Shown here: positions 12,613-25,777 of the stretch, one piece after another
Layout: each line of letters begins with the position of its first letter
How positions within the stretch are numbered: the first letter of the stretch is position 1
Assembly (NCBI GenBank): GCA_965235115.1
Contig: OZ249436.1
Location: 58,590,001-58,654,000, forward strand
Direction of reading: 5' to 3'
Origin: Laetmonice hystrix
Lineage: Eukaryota
DNA: 64,000 nucleotides
Made by a program: the position numbers and the translations under genes
The notes under the pieces: model-generated
Seen by the model: the letters and a program-made list of their open reading frames with translations, nothing else
Databases searched by the model: none
What the model was told of the DNA's origin: nothing

Positions 12613-15600
12613 AAAATGGCTAGCGATTTGGGAAGGTGGAAGTAGGTGGCAACAAGTTACAACGAGGTTGGTTTTTTTTTCTGCTTAAAAGGTTCAAACC
12701 AAGCATACACCCCCTTGGCGCCCCATAACCTCCCCCCCCCCACCCACCCACCCGCACCATTGGCGCCAACCTCGATCCGCTCCTGCCCTGAAACCTTAAT
12801 CCTGACCAGAATACAGGAAGTGAAATACACTGCTGCTTTAGCGGCGAGTACCCAATTAGGCTAGTATGATAAAAGGATATTAGAGATCCTGTCCACAGTG
12901 ACTGCCTTCAAGTTGATGGGTAAAGGAGCTAAGATATCCAGGAAGACTCTCCTCCTTTGTTGTACAGCAGCTGTTAGTACAGATCTGTAGGGCTGGCATG
13001 AACTATGCCATGTCTGAGATGTCAGCCATCTGAGGAGGTTCCGACAAAATGTAGGGAGTAACTCATAAGAGGAGTGCTGTTAACCACATCAAACACTCAC
13101 TACGTTTCTTTCTTTCTATCTTTTAAAAAAGAGCAATAGCGTTGTTCCTGTCTATAAGAGCTGTGATCACAAGTGGTTCCGGGGCTGGGAGTAATGAAAT
13201 GTCGGCACCTTTTATCAGAGTAAAACAAAGCTTCAAGGTGTGAAAATAAGCCTTGTGAGCAGGCTGCATAAAGGTCTTTTACATTTAAAAGGCTTTTATC
13301 ACGAATCTTCAATTAACCAAGGACCATATATGTATGGCTTCGAGGATAGAACGTATTCAGTGCACCGAACTCCAGATAATGGCTTTTGCCATCGGCTCTA
13401 TGTGTCGCGTTAGTTTCGCTGTCATACAAGTGGCCTCTTTATGACATTGATGTAAGACAATCTTGTATATAACGGATAACGGATATTATGTGCATTGTCA
13501 CGAATTTACTGCCCATGGCTATCACGGTGTCAAATAAATGGTAAACTGATTGAATTTCAGGAGTCCTTTGATATCAAGTGTTGTACAGTAAAACAGGTCT
13601 GTAGAGAGACATGAATGGCATAATATAATTTTCTAGTCAGGATTTATATGATTATGTATTGTTCATATTCGGAGGCCATGAAAAATCTCCATACAGCTGT
13701 TTTATAAAAACGGGAGCATGCTCCATAAAAACAACTAAACAAAACACGCGTAAACATTGGTTTGTTTTCATCACGCTGGTGGTATAGATGGCGTTATTAT
13801 GTCTCATTATAATTAAAAGCGATGCAAAAATTGGAGGACTCTTCTTGTGAACTTCAGATATTGGCCTGGGGACTAAAACATTAAAAGTGTGAAAATGAGA
13901 TCGTCATATAACATTTGAATTGTTTTATTTCCAACGTAAAATCACAGATTGTATCTCTGGACAAAATAACTCAGCAAAAGTAGAAGAATCAATTACGGCT
14001 ATCAGATTGTTGTGCCTGAACATAGACGGACACACGCCAGGATGTCGGTACTGATAATTCTGATAACGGGAACATGAAGGAAAGTACTTTATATTTATTC
14101 CCATTTTTCCATGCGTGATACCATGAAAGAGATAGTGGTTACTTATGATACTATGTTCATCTCATGTAAGACTTAAATCCGTAAAAAAACAATAAGCAGG
14201 CTTACTTTCAGAACATAAAAGGATTTGCATTTTGTAAACTATTTATGCATCATTCCGTGATATGCAGAGCATGCCCAAGCTTCATTCTGGGTGATTAATT
14301 TTCAGAAATATAGATATGGCGGCGCCTTCACGAAGCCCGATATATGTGTAGGTCTGGCACGATAGTTGTGACAGCCTTTGATGATGCAGCACGTGACAAT
14401 GCTCCCTTGTGTTCTCTGCTCTAGCTTTTCAAAGGGGTCCTTGAGCTCCGCTTACACCGTCAGAAGCCCTTCACAAGGGCCCGTGCCATCACCATTCGGT
14501 GTGCTGCAGCCTCCACCACTGCTAGCCAAGCCGGGCGGCAGGCGGGGCCGGCCGGTTATACGGAGACGACGATGGCTGACTGTGACAGTGGCACGCACGA
14601 GTATGACCTTGGTGTCAGCGCTGTGCGGTGCCCACCTAGTCAATTCTGACAGCCAATCATTGGCCCTGTTGCACTACTCATCAGGGATCTATTGTCATTA
14701 GCACCACCCGTGTTGATATGCTACACCCTAGAAACTCATAACGTGCAAGGCGAAATGCATCTGCCTTAATTATCTTGCTACTACCGACAACGGAAGAGTG
14801 GATTTCACGCACACACGCCCGTGCATAAGTGTGCACATTCACGTGTATGTATATACTGGTATGTAACTGATAAAGGTAGAATTGTTGGAGATTAACAACG
14901 GTTGGGGATTTTAGTATGCGAGTATTGTAAAAAAAAGTTGCTTCCGAAATGGGCCATTAGTTGTATTCAGAATTGCCTGAAAGAATCAGGATTTACATTA
15001 TACAATAACCGTGACTTCCAGTTATGTTGTGTAGAAAACCCATTTGTAAAGGGTTTAAGGGACTAATTGTTCAATATTTAGAAGCACTAAGTGTTTAGAT
15101 TTGTATTTACTATGTTGCCTTCTCATCGGAAAATACTGTAACCATGATTTATCTAAACGCCATCCTTTTGAAACCTGAGGTCTGCAGGATTTCCATCTGA
15201 TAATATACCGGTGTTAACACGGACAATAAATATCACTGAATCCGTGGATTCTCATTGCAGAGGGAAGCAATCTGAATTCATGTCCATAGAAATGTCAGTG
15301 ATCCTACGCGAAGATGGGGGGGGGTTACATTTATGTTCAGTTTTTTAGACAATTTAGATTTAGAGAAAAGTTGTTGTCACATGCATTTGTAGGGACAGCG
15401 AGGAGAAAATGGTAGGTGGCCAGCGTGGGCCTTGGTGGTAGCTCGCTATCCGACGGACACTGAATTGGGTGTTGATGATTTATGTTTGCTGATAGGGCCG
15501 CAGCTCCAACCATTGATTGCACCCTAACTGAATATCATCCCATGTTGCTGGCCCTGTGGTGAGAAATGTGGGTTTATGGGCGGACCCATAAATATTGCCA

Positions 15601-18600
15601 GTCCATTGCTACGTCTAAATTACACGACAAGGGTTGGAAAGGTTCCATGCATATTTCAGTCAAGGTAACATAGATAGCACTGAAACCCAAGTAATGTATT
15701 TATTTTGTACCACAGGCATATGTGACTTATTGACTAGCTCTAGAACACATGCCTCACCGATAAAAGGCATAGCATATTTCCTAGAGTAATAAATATCAGG
15801 TCGATATGCAAACCACAGTTACTGGTATCTGCCTTTTGTGGGCTCTCAGACAGTATAGTTAATGTAGACTTTCTGTGGCCGCGCCTTTAATTATTTTTTT
15901 TTGACAGCATTTCTTTTGATGTTGAGTTTTGTGTTCACATTAATGTAGTTTGTTGGATTTCACCAGAAAGAGCTGGTCCATTATAGCTTCATCAAAGAGT
16001 TGTTACAGTACAAGGAATATAATTCTCATTCCAAGAACATGCACATGCCAGTTCGCAGCCAGTGGATGACGTGGTTTTCTGCCTGTTATATCTCATATTC
16101 CATATGGAAACACTAAAGATGTTCTCATACTTAGCCATTGCCTGAAGGTACAGCCGTAGGAGTAAAACAGTTTCTGCAGCGTCAGATGTAAATCGGTAGA
16201 CTTGCTCACTTTTTGTTTGTTGGTGGGAGTAGAAAAAAGGGACACTTTTGAAGCTGTCTGATCGGCAATTTCCATGGAGCAGGACCAGTTACAATGCTGG
16301 CTAATACCCACTTTGTTGTCAGACTAGTTCCTGTATTCAGTATAGGTATTTCGTGATTATCTTAACGTGTACTACTGTGCATTGCGTCTTTAGATTTTAG
16401 AATTTGGGACCCGAGAGACGTTGGAGGCTGTGAATCGGTGGACATCCCCGCCCATACAGTAGCGCTGAATGAAACTCCTGATTGCAGTTTCATCTTGGGC
16501 TTGGATCAGGTGTTGGTCCGACCTGCGGTTTTGTACCCATCTGAATGGCCTTGTCACGCAGTGATTCACACCCAAGATGGACCATTTGCTCACTGAGAAG
16601 ATGGGGGCTGACTGATGACATCCCATGTGTCGCATACCCCACAATGAATGGTCCCTCGAGGTTGGCCATCCCACAATGAGGTCTCCCCGCTGTAACGGAA
16701 GCCTTCTGAGATAGCACTTTGATCTTTGCCTCGTGATTGTCTCTAGTCACACCATTACAGCTCCTAAATCTGGCAGTCCGTCTCCCAACTCAGAGTGTCA
16801 TTTCTACCTAATATTTATTTATTATCTCCATTATCAGGGCATCATCTTTGCCCCGGAGAGGACATTCAGTTTGCATGTCTGTCTGTCTATCTACAGAAAG
16901 AAACCGGCTGATAAAACTTACGTTCAGGCGGATAGCGAGTGGCAACACGTGATAATTACACTAGTGGTTACAGGAAAGGACTCTGAATGATTTTAAGAAT
17001 TGTTCATACTGCTGGTTATTTTAAAAGTAGTGCTACTCTGCCAGAGATAATAACGCTAAGTTTACGCTAAGGTTGGGTAAATGCCCTACCCTCCGCCTCA
17101 CTCTAGGGTTATTTACACTCCACAGTTTTACTGGCCTCACTTTTAGAAGTCTCGGTGAGACAACATTGTTCATCTACTATATTAAGGTATGGAAAATATT
17201 GGCATATTGGTAACAGCAGAACATTGCTGTCTTAACTAAAAGAAAATGTTACAACGGAGGCTTTCTGTTAGGGCTGAAAAAAACGAGGTAAAAAATATTG
17301 GTAGAAACCGACGGACGAACAAAAATCATCACATGTTCTGTCAAATAACAGTCATACACCTTAAATCTGAAGTCCAATCTTGAACAGTCCTCGTTGGTCT
17401 AAATAAGATCTTGCCCTGATCGTGATTAATAAGTTATAGTTAACGATCTGAGCAGTTCAAATAACCCAAGAAACCCATCAAACATCCATCACTCTCGATG
17501 TTGACCGAAGAAGATGTTCTCTGTCTATAGAGGGAAAGGATTTATACCAGGTGGTGATTGTCTCGCTTTGTAAGCAGGCCCTCATGTCGCAGGTGTAAAC
17601 TATACCTAGTGGAGCAGGAAGCTGTTGCCAGCTGCACAGGGCAGCTGAGTCCACAGAGGTAGGTGCCCTGAGGAATGGCCCATTGAAGCCCCAGCCAAGT
17701 TTACTAAATGGTATTTGGCAAAGTAATGATAATCCGTTCGATTAGCACTATATCTTGCCACTGCTACTTGTGGATTTATTAAGGCAATGATACCGGGAGT
17801 ATAGATGAAGAAACTGCGTTGAAATGTACCTAAGCAATACTTTGTTTTTCCCAGGACGCGTTTTAAACGGCACTTTGGTGCATGAGATTGTCCCTAAAAT
17901 AGCACTTCCTCTGCGATGTAATCGGCGTTTGGCTGAGTGGTGGCCTTCATATCATGCCATGTTAGCCTTTGATCGGGTAATTGCAGACGGTCTTGGATCA
18001 CGAGATGCTAGATGCCGCAGTACTATAGGCGTTCTGGGCTTCTTTCGCTCGCTACAAGGGCATGATAATACCAGTGGCCGAGATATGAGAGGTCCGACCT
18101 GCCACCGGACGGTAGTGTGACTGACCTGCCACCGGCATGAACATGGGGTTGAGAGCCAACAAAGGACATGCTTATTGAACTGCACAAAAGTCGTATTGCC
18201 TTCGGAAGGGCTGAAAGTCCCCTCAGACACACGTGAACCCGTAATCTGCTATGAACGGATAATTGCAGACATGGCAAATGTTAAAGATAAAAATCACTGA
18301 CATTAAAAGTTGGGTTGGCCAATGCCAGTGAAGTCTTCCACAAGTGTGATAGAGGAGGACAGATTAGCGTACGTTGTAAGCCTCAGGGCCGCAGTGCAAC
18401 CAGTGAGCCAGTCTGTAGAGACGAATACTTTGTCTAGAGGACAGATCTAACACATTATCTGTTGGTGTTATGATCGAGTAGACCATGCTGAAAACAAAGA
18501 CTTTCCCCCAATGAGTCTGAAAGAAGTTAAATAGTGTACGCGGTCCTCAAGTCTTAAGTTTTGAACAGAAACAATTTTGGTGACAGTATACGATAAAATA

Positions 18601-21600
18601 AAATGTCATAAAACCTTTAAAACTAGACTATAAATTATATGTGGGCTTTTTGGACATTGTCTCAGATTAGGATTAGAAAATGATCGATTGAATACACGGT
18701 GTATGAAAGGCTGTAGCAGTTAGACATTGCAAGATATGATTTTCTTTTCTTTTTTTTTGGTTTTCTATTTTCGATTCGGCTTGCGATGGGGGTCTCGCTC
18801 GTCTCAGGGGCCTCATGGATCATGCCCTTTACATTATAGAAATGTAACAAGAGGACCCATATATTCAGATATTGGTAAACCATAATTCATTCGACATCTT
18901 TTTTTCGTACAGACCGAAAAAATCATAAACCTTCAAATTAAAGAAAATATACTCCCATTTCGCTATTAAATATAATAAAATAATTGGATATTCGAATGCG
19001 ATGCCATGACGACTATCAAATAGAAATAAGATGTAGATCTATATTTAAGTTCTAAGTAGGAGAATGTTTTGGAATCTGGAGCTAGTTGTTGATTGAGAGG
19101 TTCGTTATTGAGCTCGGTTTACAAGCGGCATCATCAAATCACTCTCCATATGGTCCGGCGCTGTTTCAATTATTTGTGTGCAGGCAGTTCCTCGGGCTGT
19201 ATAATGTTAAGGCCGGTGGGGAAATCAGGCTTGCAGCTGGGGTCTTCCTGAGCTAGCATGAATAAGTAATTGAAATGCTTTTGGTCCTATCTATTCCAAA
19301 ACTCGAACCAATCTGGCTTAATTCAGCTTGACAGCTGCACCAACTTATCTTCTTCATACAGACTCTCTTCATATTGAGTAGAATAAAGCACTTGAAATAT
19401 TATAAATCCCGTATTAGGGCAATGGTTGGTTCGCAGTAACCGCCAATCCCGCCAATAGGTCGGGAGTCATTTGGTCACCAGATTACTGTAAGGTAAATCG
19501 ATAGAATTTAGAGGGTGACTGGTGCTGATATTGTAAGCGGATCACACCTGAGAATGAAGCAGGCAGGTTCATTCGTCTGTTAATATATTTAGTATTCCCC
19601 GGACGACAGACGAGCTGGTAACATGAATGTACCATGGCACAGTCTTCTCGAGCTCTTCTTGCTGTCTCAACGTTCAGGTTCTGAGTTTTTAACCAGCATT
19701 CAAGATCGCCAGGCTCCTGCACAGCAATAAGATAGAACCCAGCGCCGGTCGCTTTCTGAAACCTCTGCTGCTGCCCCGCTCTGCACTGCTAACCCACCCT
19801 AAGTGGGCACCCACCAAATGTAATTGTCTCCCCTTTGTATAATTGATGCAACGGATGAAATCAATAAGGACATAGAGCACTGGCTGAGGGACATTGTGGA
19901 CAGGAATTTGTCCAGGCATGAGTTTTGTGAATGGCAAGCTGCAAAGCAGGCCAATTCAGCATGGGCATGCTGTCAATGTAAGTCAACATTTGCAATGTCA
20001 AGTAATAATGGGGAGGCAAGACCAATGGGTTGCTGCCCTGCCAAGCTTTATAGGTAGCGCAGCTAACTAGCCAGCTCCAGGAGACATCTTGGATGGTGGC
20101 GTGGATTATAAGTAGGACTCGAGAAGGGTTTGAGAAAGGGATTTGGGCTCCCCTTGCTTGGCTGTCCTCCCGCCTGGCCCCTGCCCCAGCCCTCTAACCT
20201 TAACCTTGTCTGTCTTCATGCAGGCCACCATTTTGCATCAGAATGGGGCTAACCGGGGCTGTACAATCACCATGACAAATCTGATGGTACCATGGATTGT
20301 GAAGGAAGAAGGTGCCAGAACATCTTTGCCCGTATATTGATGAGGAAGCGTAGTGTGAAAAAGGAATACATTGGCACAGTTCCATGAAGACGGACACAGG
20401 AAGGAAGTTAATCAACCGCAGTTAACAGTTAAATCCCTCTTCCCTTCTTCAAAACTCCTCTTGTAAATTTCATCGGTTGCAGTAATTGGCATTCTGGCAT
20501 GTCTTAGATGTAAGGGGTGCCAATTGTTGATGCTGAATCTGACTTCCTGGCCTGGTAGATAGAGCTACTAACAGCCACGACTGAATGGTTTCAGTTGGGT
20601 AAATGGTTCCATGAACTTCCTGCGACTTGCATCATTTTCCCATTTACCATGTGGTTCCCGTGCCACATAGCCACTGTGAACAAATAACGTAATTGCCTTT
20701 ACCTCTAACATTTCCACATTTCATTCATTGTCACTTCCACTCGAGCCCTGCTGTGCCGGCACACAGTTGTCCCTCCTAGCTTTATTCATGTCGTCAAATT
20801 GTGTTAGTGTCATTGTGTGCGATCGGTGCGTTACAAGCATTAGAAACGCCGGGGCCCCCAGTTCAGGCCATTATCCATTGCCAACAATTGCATGCCAGCC
20901 AATATCATAGTATTACGCCGCGCAAGATGGCAGTGCTGCCCTCCCAGACTTCGATCTCTTCAACCCCACTGTCTGTGGCAGCAGTTGAAAGGAATCTTGC
21001 CCTTGAAATGTCTTTCATCAGCAACCTACAAAAATCCTATGTTTTGACATTTGCTGGGCGCAGCTCGAAATACAAGCGAGGAGCAGGAAAAAAGTATTAG
21101 CCGGCTATAGTGGCAGTTGTAAAGATGTGTGAGTGGAAGTGTATTGATTGACAGGGCTCAGAATAACTGCTTCTCCAGCATTCCTTCATGGTGTGCTGAT
21201 AAGTTGAGGCTTTGATTGAAGCATTAGACGGATGTCAATTTTCGTTCATATAAGAAAATCGAATGATTATGATTAAAACGGTTTGAGCTGTTTGCCAGAC
21301 TGGCCGAAAGTCCGTAAACAGTGAGGTTTGTCGTGCAGACACACAGATTTTACAACCTACATTATGCTGACACACGTTGACATCATGATGATAATCGTGC
21401 ATGCAGCCATGTCAGAAAGCAAAAAAAAAAAACGGCCGGCTGAACCATCTATGAGCTACATAAAGCTGTCAGGCTTGCTACTTCTCAGCATGCATGCAAT
21501 GAGGTCGTTATTTCATGTTGTCGAACATTAGGAACAGGCTAATCAGTAATTGTCTTTGGATGCTGAGAACGTAATAAAGTAGCCAGAGTAGCTGTTAAGA

Positions 21601-23419
21601 CCCTAAACTCTGCATCCTACTTACACTTGAGTGCGTGTCACGACGGGCTAATTGCATTGTTGGTGCAGCAGGCAGCAAAACTACGCAAGCTATAATTCCT
21701 TTGTGGTAGGTCATTTTTGTCACGAAAACTTCAAAAACGGAATCCTATCAGAAAAAAGGTAATGAATTTTCCTTTTAAAATGTCTCTGTTTATAGTGAGC
21801 TTATATAAAAGCGATCAGAAAGCGGTGGGGAGTCGTACCAGTCAGTTAAAGGTGAAGGTGATTCATCAGTCAAGACAAAACATATCAAGTAGAAATGGGA
21901 TGGGACATTAATAATTATGTCCCCTCGGGACCTTCGGATGCCTGCAGGCCCATGCTGCAAGCTGCGATCATTAGCCTCATTTATCGCTTATTGAAGAAGA
22001 TACATTTCAAGTAGAGCAATTTGTGAATAACTTGTTTTATAGTCCAGAATTCACCTCAAGTTATACATTATTGCTGACAGTGGACGTATAGTTAACAGAT
22101 GATGGTGCCTCAGTGGACAAGGGGCCCGGATGCCTCCATGACTAGACATTCCCATGCCTCTCGGTATTAGGTCAAAGGTGAAAAGTGCTTTCTAAGATAT
22201 TCCGGTAAAACAATAACGCGAATAAATTTGAATTATAATTATCTAGAGCTAAAACTTGAATTTATGGCCGACCTTTAAATTTTCCATTCTCAAAGCTGAC
22301 AGGAATAGGTATTTCAGACGCGTTCAGCTGTGCTTGCAGGGTTTCTACATTATTGTGCTCCTTCTACGTTATGCAGTGATATCCGTTTGCGCCATCACAT
22401 GAGACAATCCATAAAACTGGTGATGATCTCAAACTAACATCAACATTAATTTATATTATTGTCCTCAGAGAATGGTATAATTTTCCGGTTTTCTGCCATT
22501 GTTCCACATGTGCCAAATAACCTGATATGAAACAAGTCTGGCAAAGTTTCTGAGCCTTTCTTTAGGCAGGAAACTCATAGCAAGATGCAATGAAAGCGAC
22601 ATATTCTTTGATTAATACGTTTCCATTATCTCTTTTAACTCTTTTATGGCGCTGATGCAAATTCTATCATTCTAATTATTTGCATATTTTCACCGTTTTA
22701 TACACCAATACAGCTAATGGTACCACCCCCATTTTTGTGATATATAACCCAATTGTATATGAGAGGTCAGTGGTACCCGTATGTATTTCCTTGACCCCTA
22801 TATTGTGGAAGTGGTATTGGGTACATTGCTCTACCACCGTGGTCTTGGTGCTGTTTACGTCTGCCATCAGCATGGTAATTAGCCTGCAGTTGTAGAATCT
22901 GGCAGCACATCAGTCATGTTGCACGACTGCTGCACTGTTTGCTCAACGCTGTCTCTCACTGCAGGCCATCTCAGAGGGTTTTCTTCCAAGTCCTCTGGCA
23001 CATGTTCCAGAAAGGCTTTATTTATTCATTGATACTTATTTGGAAAATTACATGGGCATTTGTTTGGATAGCCATTAAACAAAGCTAACCAGGAATCCTG
23101 AAGCATTCTGCTGAGAAATATTATCCCAACGGGAGTGACTTTTGAAGTGTTTCCGAATTGTGTAAAACCGTGGAAGAGAGCATTAGCGGTGGATACCAAT
23201 ATTATCGACAGACTGTAATACTCGTGCACCTGATGAGTGCTGGTCGGGAGTGTTGTGTTAGTTAGGGTGTTGGTAGGGTTCTCAGACTGTTGATTGAGAA
23301 CATGATGATATGGTGTTGATTCTTGAATGTTTTTTTTTCGAGGCGTTTATTTTATAACATACAGAATGTGTTTGTGATGAGAGTTACTGAGTGAGGAAGT
23401 GAAATTATAAGTAGGCCTA

Positions 23420-24174
23420 AGTGTTGTGTGCCGGTGTTGGGCATCTTAGGCCAGAGTTGGGCCCCGATGGTATTGCCGCATTGCGTGGCGGTGTAGGGCC
23501 AGTGTGCCCTGATGGTGGCGTGTGCCAGTGTTGGGCCCTGATGGTGGTGTGTCGCAGTATTGCACAAATATTGGACCCAGATTGTGCTATGTGGCGCCCG
23601 GATGGCCCAGTGTTAGGCCTGAATTGTGTTATATGGCGGTGTTAAGCCCTTGCTGAAGTGTGGCGGTGTCTTCAAGTGTTGGGCTTGGATTGTGTTATGT
23701 GGCGGTGTTAAGCCCTTGCTGTAGTGTGGCGGAGTCGTTCAGTGTTAGGCCCGGAGTGTGTTATGTAGCGGTGTTAAACCCTAGCTGTGTTGTATGCCGG
23801 GACTGGGCCGGTGTTAGGCCCGGAGTGTGTTATGTAGCGGTGTTAAGCCCTAGCTGTGTTGTATTCCGATACTGGGCCGGTGTTAGGCCCGGAGTGTGGC
23901 GGTGTTAAGCCCTGTGTTGTATGCCGGTACTGGGCCGGTGTTAGGCCCGGAGTGTGGCGGTGTTAAGCCCTGTGTTGTATGCCGGTACTGGGCCGGTGTT
24001 AGGCCCAGTGTGGCGGTGTTAAGCCCTGTGTTGTATGCCGGTACTGGGCCGGTGTTAGGCCCGGAGTGTGGCGGTGTTAAGCCCTGTGTTGTATGCCGGT
24101 ACTGGGCCGGTGTTAGGCCCGGAGTGTGGCGGTGTTAAGCCCTGTGTTGTATGCCGGTACTGGGCCGGTGTTAG
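23420..24174. repeat. Composite GT-rich minisatellite: degenerate short units, then 2 x 69-bp, then 5 x 58(56)-bp units
   Basis: 69-mers start at 23742 and 23811. 58-mers (gtgttaggcccggagtgtggcggtgttaagccctgtgttgtatgccggtactgggccg) start at 23880, 23938, 23996 (56 bp), 24052 and 24110. The left boundary is diffuse. Confidence 0.95.
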
Positions 24175-24606
24175 AGGACAGACGTGTGTAAAGCCCCGCT
24201 CCATCTCCGTCTGCCAGCTCTCGTTGTGTATGTTGCATGCAGACCATGGCTCCAGTCCCGCCAATCATCCATCAACCTACTGACGCCTAATTAGGTAGCA
24301 AGCAACAAGCCAGCTGTACATGTGCCCTTCCTGTACACTCCAAAAACACACGTCCACGCCGTCGTACAAAAATTCCAGAATGTTTTTTGTTCTCTGCCCT
24401 GCATGACAACATTATGACTATCGTGCATACCCAAGTTAATGGTTTGCATTAAAAAAATGATACATACAGCCCTAGGGTATCAGTCTGGGCATTCGATTTC
24501 TGAATCAGTTAGTTTCTTTATTGATCGCAGTCGCATTATAGGTAAGAGTAATTTTTGAAGTCGGATTGGAAAAGGTTTCTTTTTTTAAAATAAGCGTGCT
24601 ACTTAC

Positions 24607-24712
24607 TGCATGGTCTGTAGTGTGTAAATCGATGTACTGCTCTGACTAATTGGTGTCTGAATATCATGACACAGTCACAGGGGTCACTTACCTGCAAAGA
24701 CAAAAACATTCA
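24607..24712 (-). other. Candidate recursive splice site (AG|GT) followed by an 85-nt RS-exon or cassette exon
   Basis: Minus strand: tgaatgtttttgtctttgCAG|GTAAGT at the 24692/24691 junction, then a second GTAAGT donor at 24606-24601. Confidence 0.45.
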
Positions 24713-25039
24713 GGATAGTTTAGCGATCATTCACATTATGATTAAACCAACACTCGAAGCAGACTCAAGAACTTAATTTGGGCTTTACCATAATGTATCT
24801 TTGGGTTCCATGCATGTTGTTATAATTGTTAACCGTATTACCATTACTCTATTGTGGCATACTGTTAAGATTTTTGTTAAAAGGGCGTTGTTTTGTAGTA
24901 GAGTATGCTGGGCCAGTATAGAGTATATAATGGTGTTTAGAGAATATTTGGTTTGGTTCTAGGGAAATATATTTACAGAGCATATTCTGTGATGAAGGTC
25001 TATAAAGTGTGCCTATTGCTAGATAAAGGACGTTTAAGA

Positions 25040-25390
25040 TCGTAGCCCACTTGGGTGAAATATTTTCCTGGGAGTGATAAGACTGAGGTCCCAACGTTAA
25101 GGATCTGTAGGATGATGCAGTGGCTTAAGAATGGATTTGGATCTGGTCCGGAGATAATCATTGTGTGCAATCTCTAGGCTGTCAAAGTCGAGTGAAGATT
25201 GATGTGAGCCTTGGTCTGATTTTTATTACATCTAAAAATGGCTGACTCCCAAATAATAGAACTGTGACAGATCACGTCTGGAGGCGGGAGAAATACACCC
25301 TTGGTGGAGTCCCAGTACTCGGGGATAGCATCATCCGCCCTGCCTGGCTGAACTATGCTGGAAGTACATACACTTGTTCGGCTACTCGGT
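25040..25390 (-). mobile_element. Possible degenerate DIRS-type RT/RNase H junction fragment
   Basis: The frame ...EYWDSTKGVFLPPPDVICHSSIIWESAIFRCNKNQTKAHINLHSTLTA*RLHTMIISG... resembles the DIRS pattern W..KG.PF.PP.P..I.TDAS..GWG...HIN.LEL and stays open about 47 codons past a single stop. Resemblance by eye only; the TDAS motif is absent. Confidence 0.25.
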
Positions 25391-25753
25391 CCATGGTGAA
25401 CGTTTTTAGAATAATGTGAATGATGTGAATTGTTGCTAGGGATGAGTTTCATCGTTTTGACTGGAAGTTTTACACTCCGTTTGTGCGATATTATTCACCC
25501 CCAGTAATAATTATAATAGTCAGTAAATCAAACCGATTAGTCTTGTATTTTTATTCTTAGTTTTCTTGTGGGATTTACTATGCATGTAGGATGTTATCAA
25601 AGGGAAGTTTTCAGTCTTCGGGAAATGAGCTCAACATGGTAAAGACCACATTGTCATTTGGTAACTGTCAGACATTATCACAAAATCTACTGATCCACTG
25701 GGAGAGTTTTCCTTCAGGTGTCCGTGCATCATAAAGGGCCATAGCTAGCTGCT

Positions 25754-25777
25754 GGGGGGGGGGGGGGGGGGGGGGGG
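25754..25777 (+). repeat. G24 homopolymer
   Basis: 24 consecutive G counted directly. Confidence 0.97.

Noticed and set aside
14327-14701. ATGGCGGCG (MAAPS) start spliced to ORF 14378-14701
   Set aside because: The resulting peptide is not protein-like, several frames on both strands are equally open, and there is no homology support.
23660-24283. ORFs translated from the 58-bp minisatellite (VRPGVWRC/AVLSPVLYAG repeats)
   Set aside because: The unit length is not a multiple of 3 and the frames rotate; these are artefacts of a GC-rich repeat.
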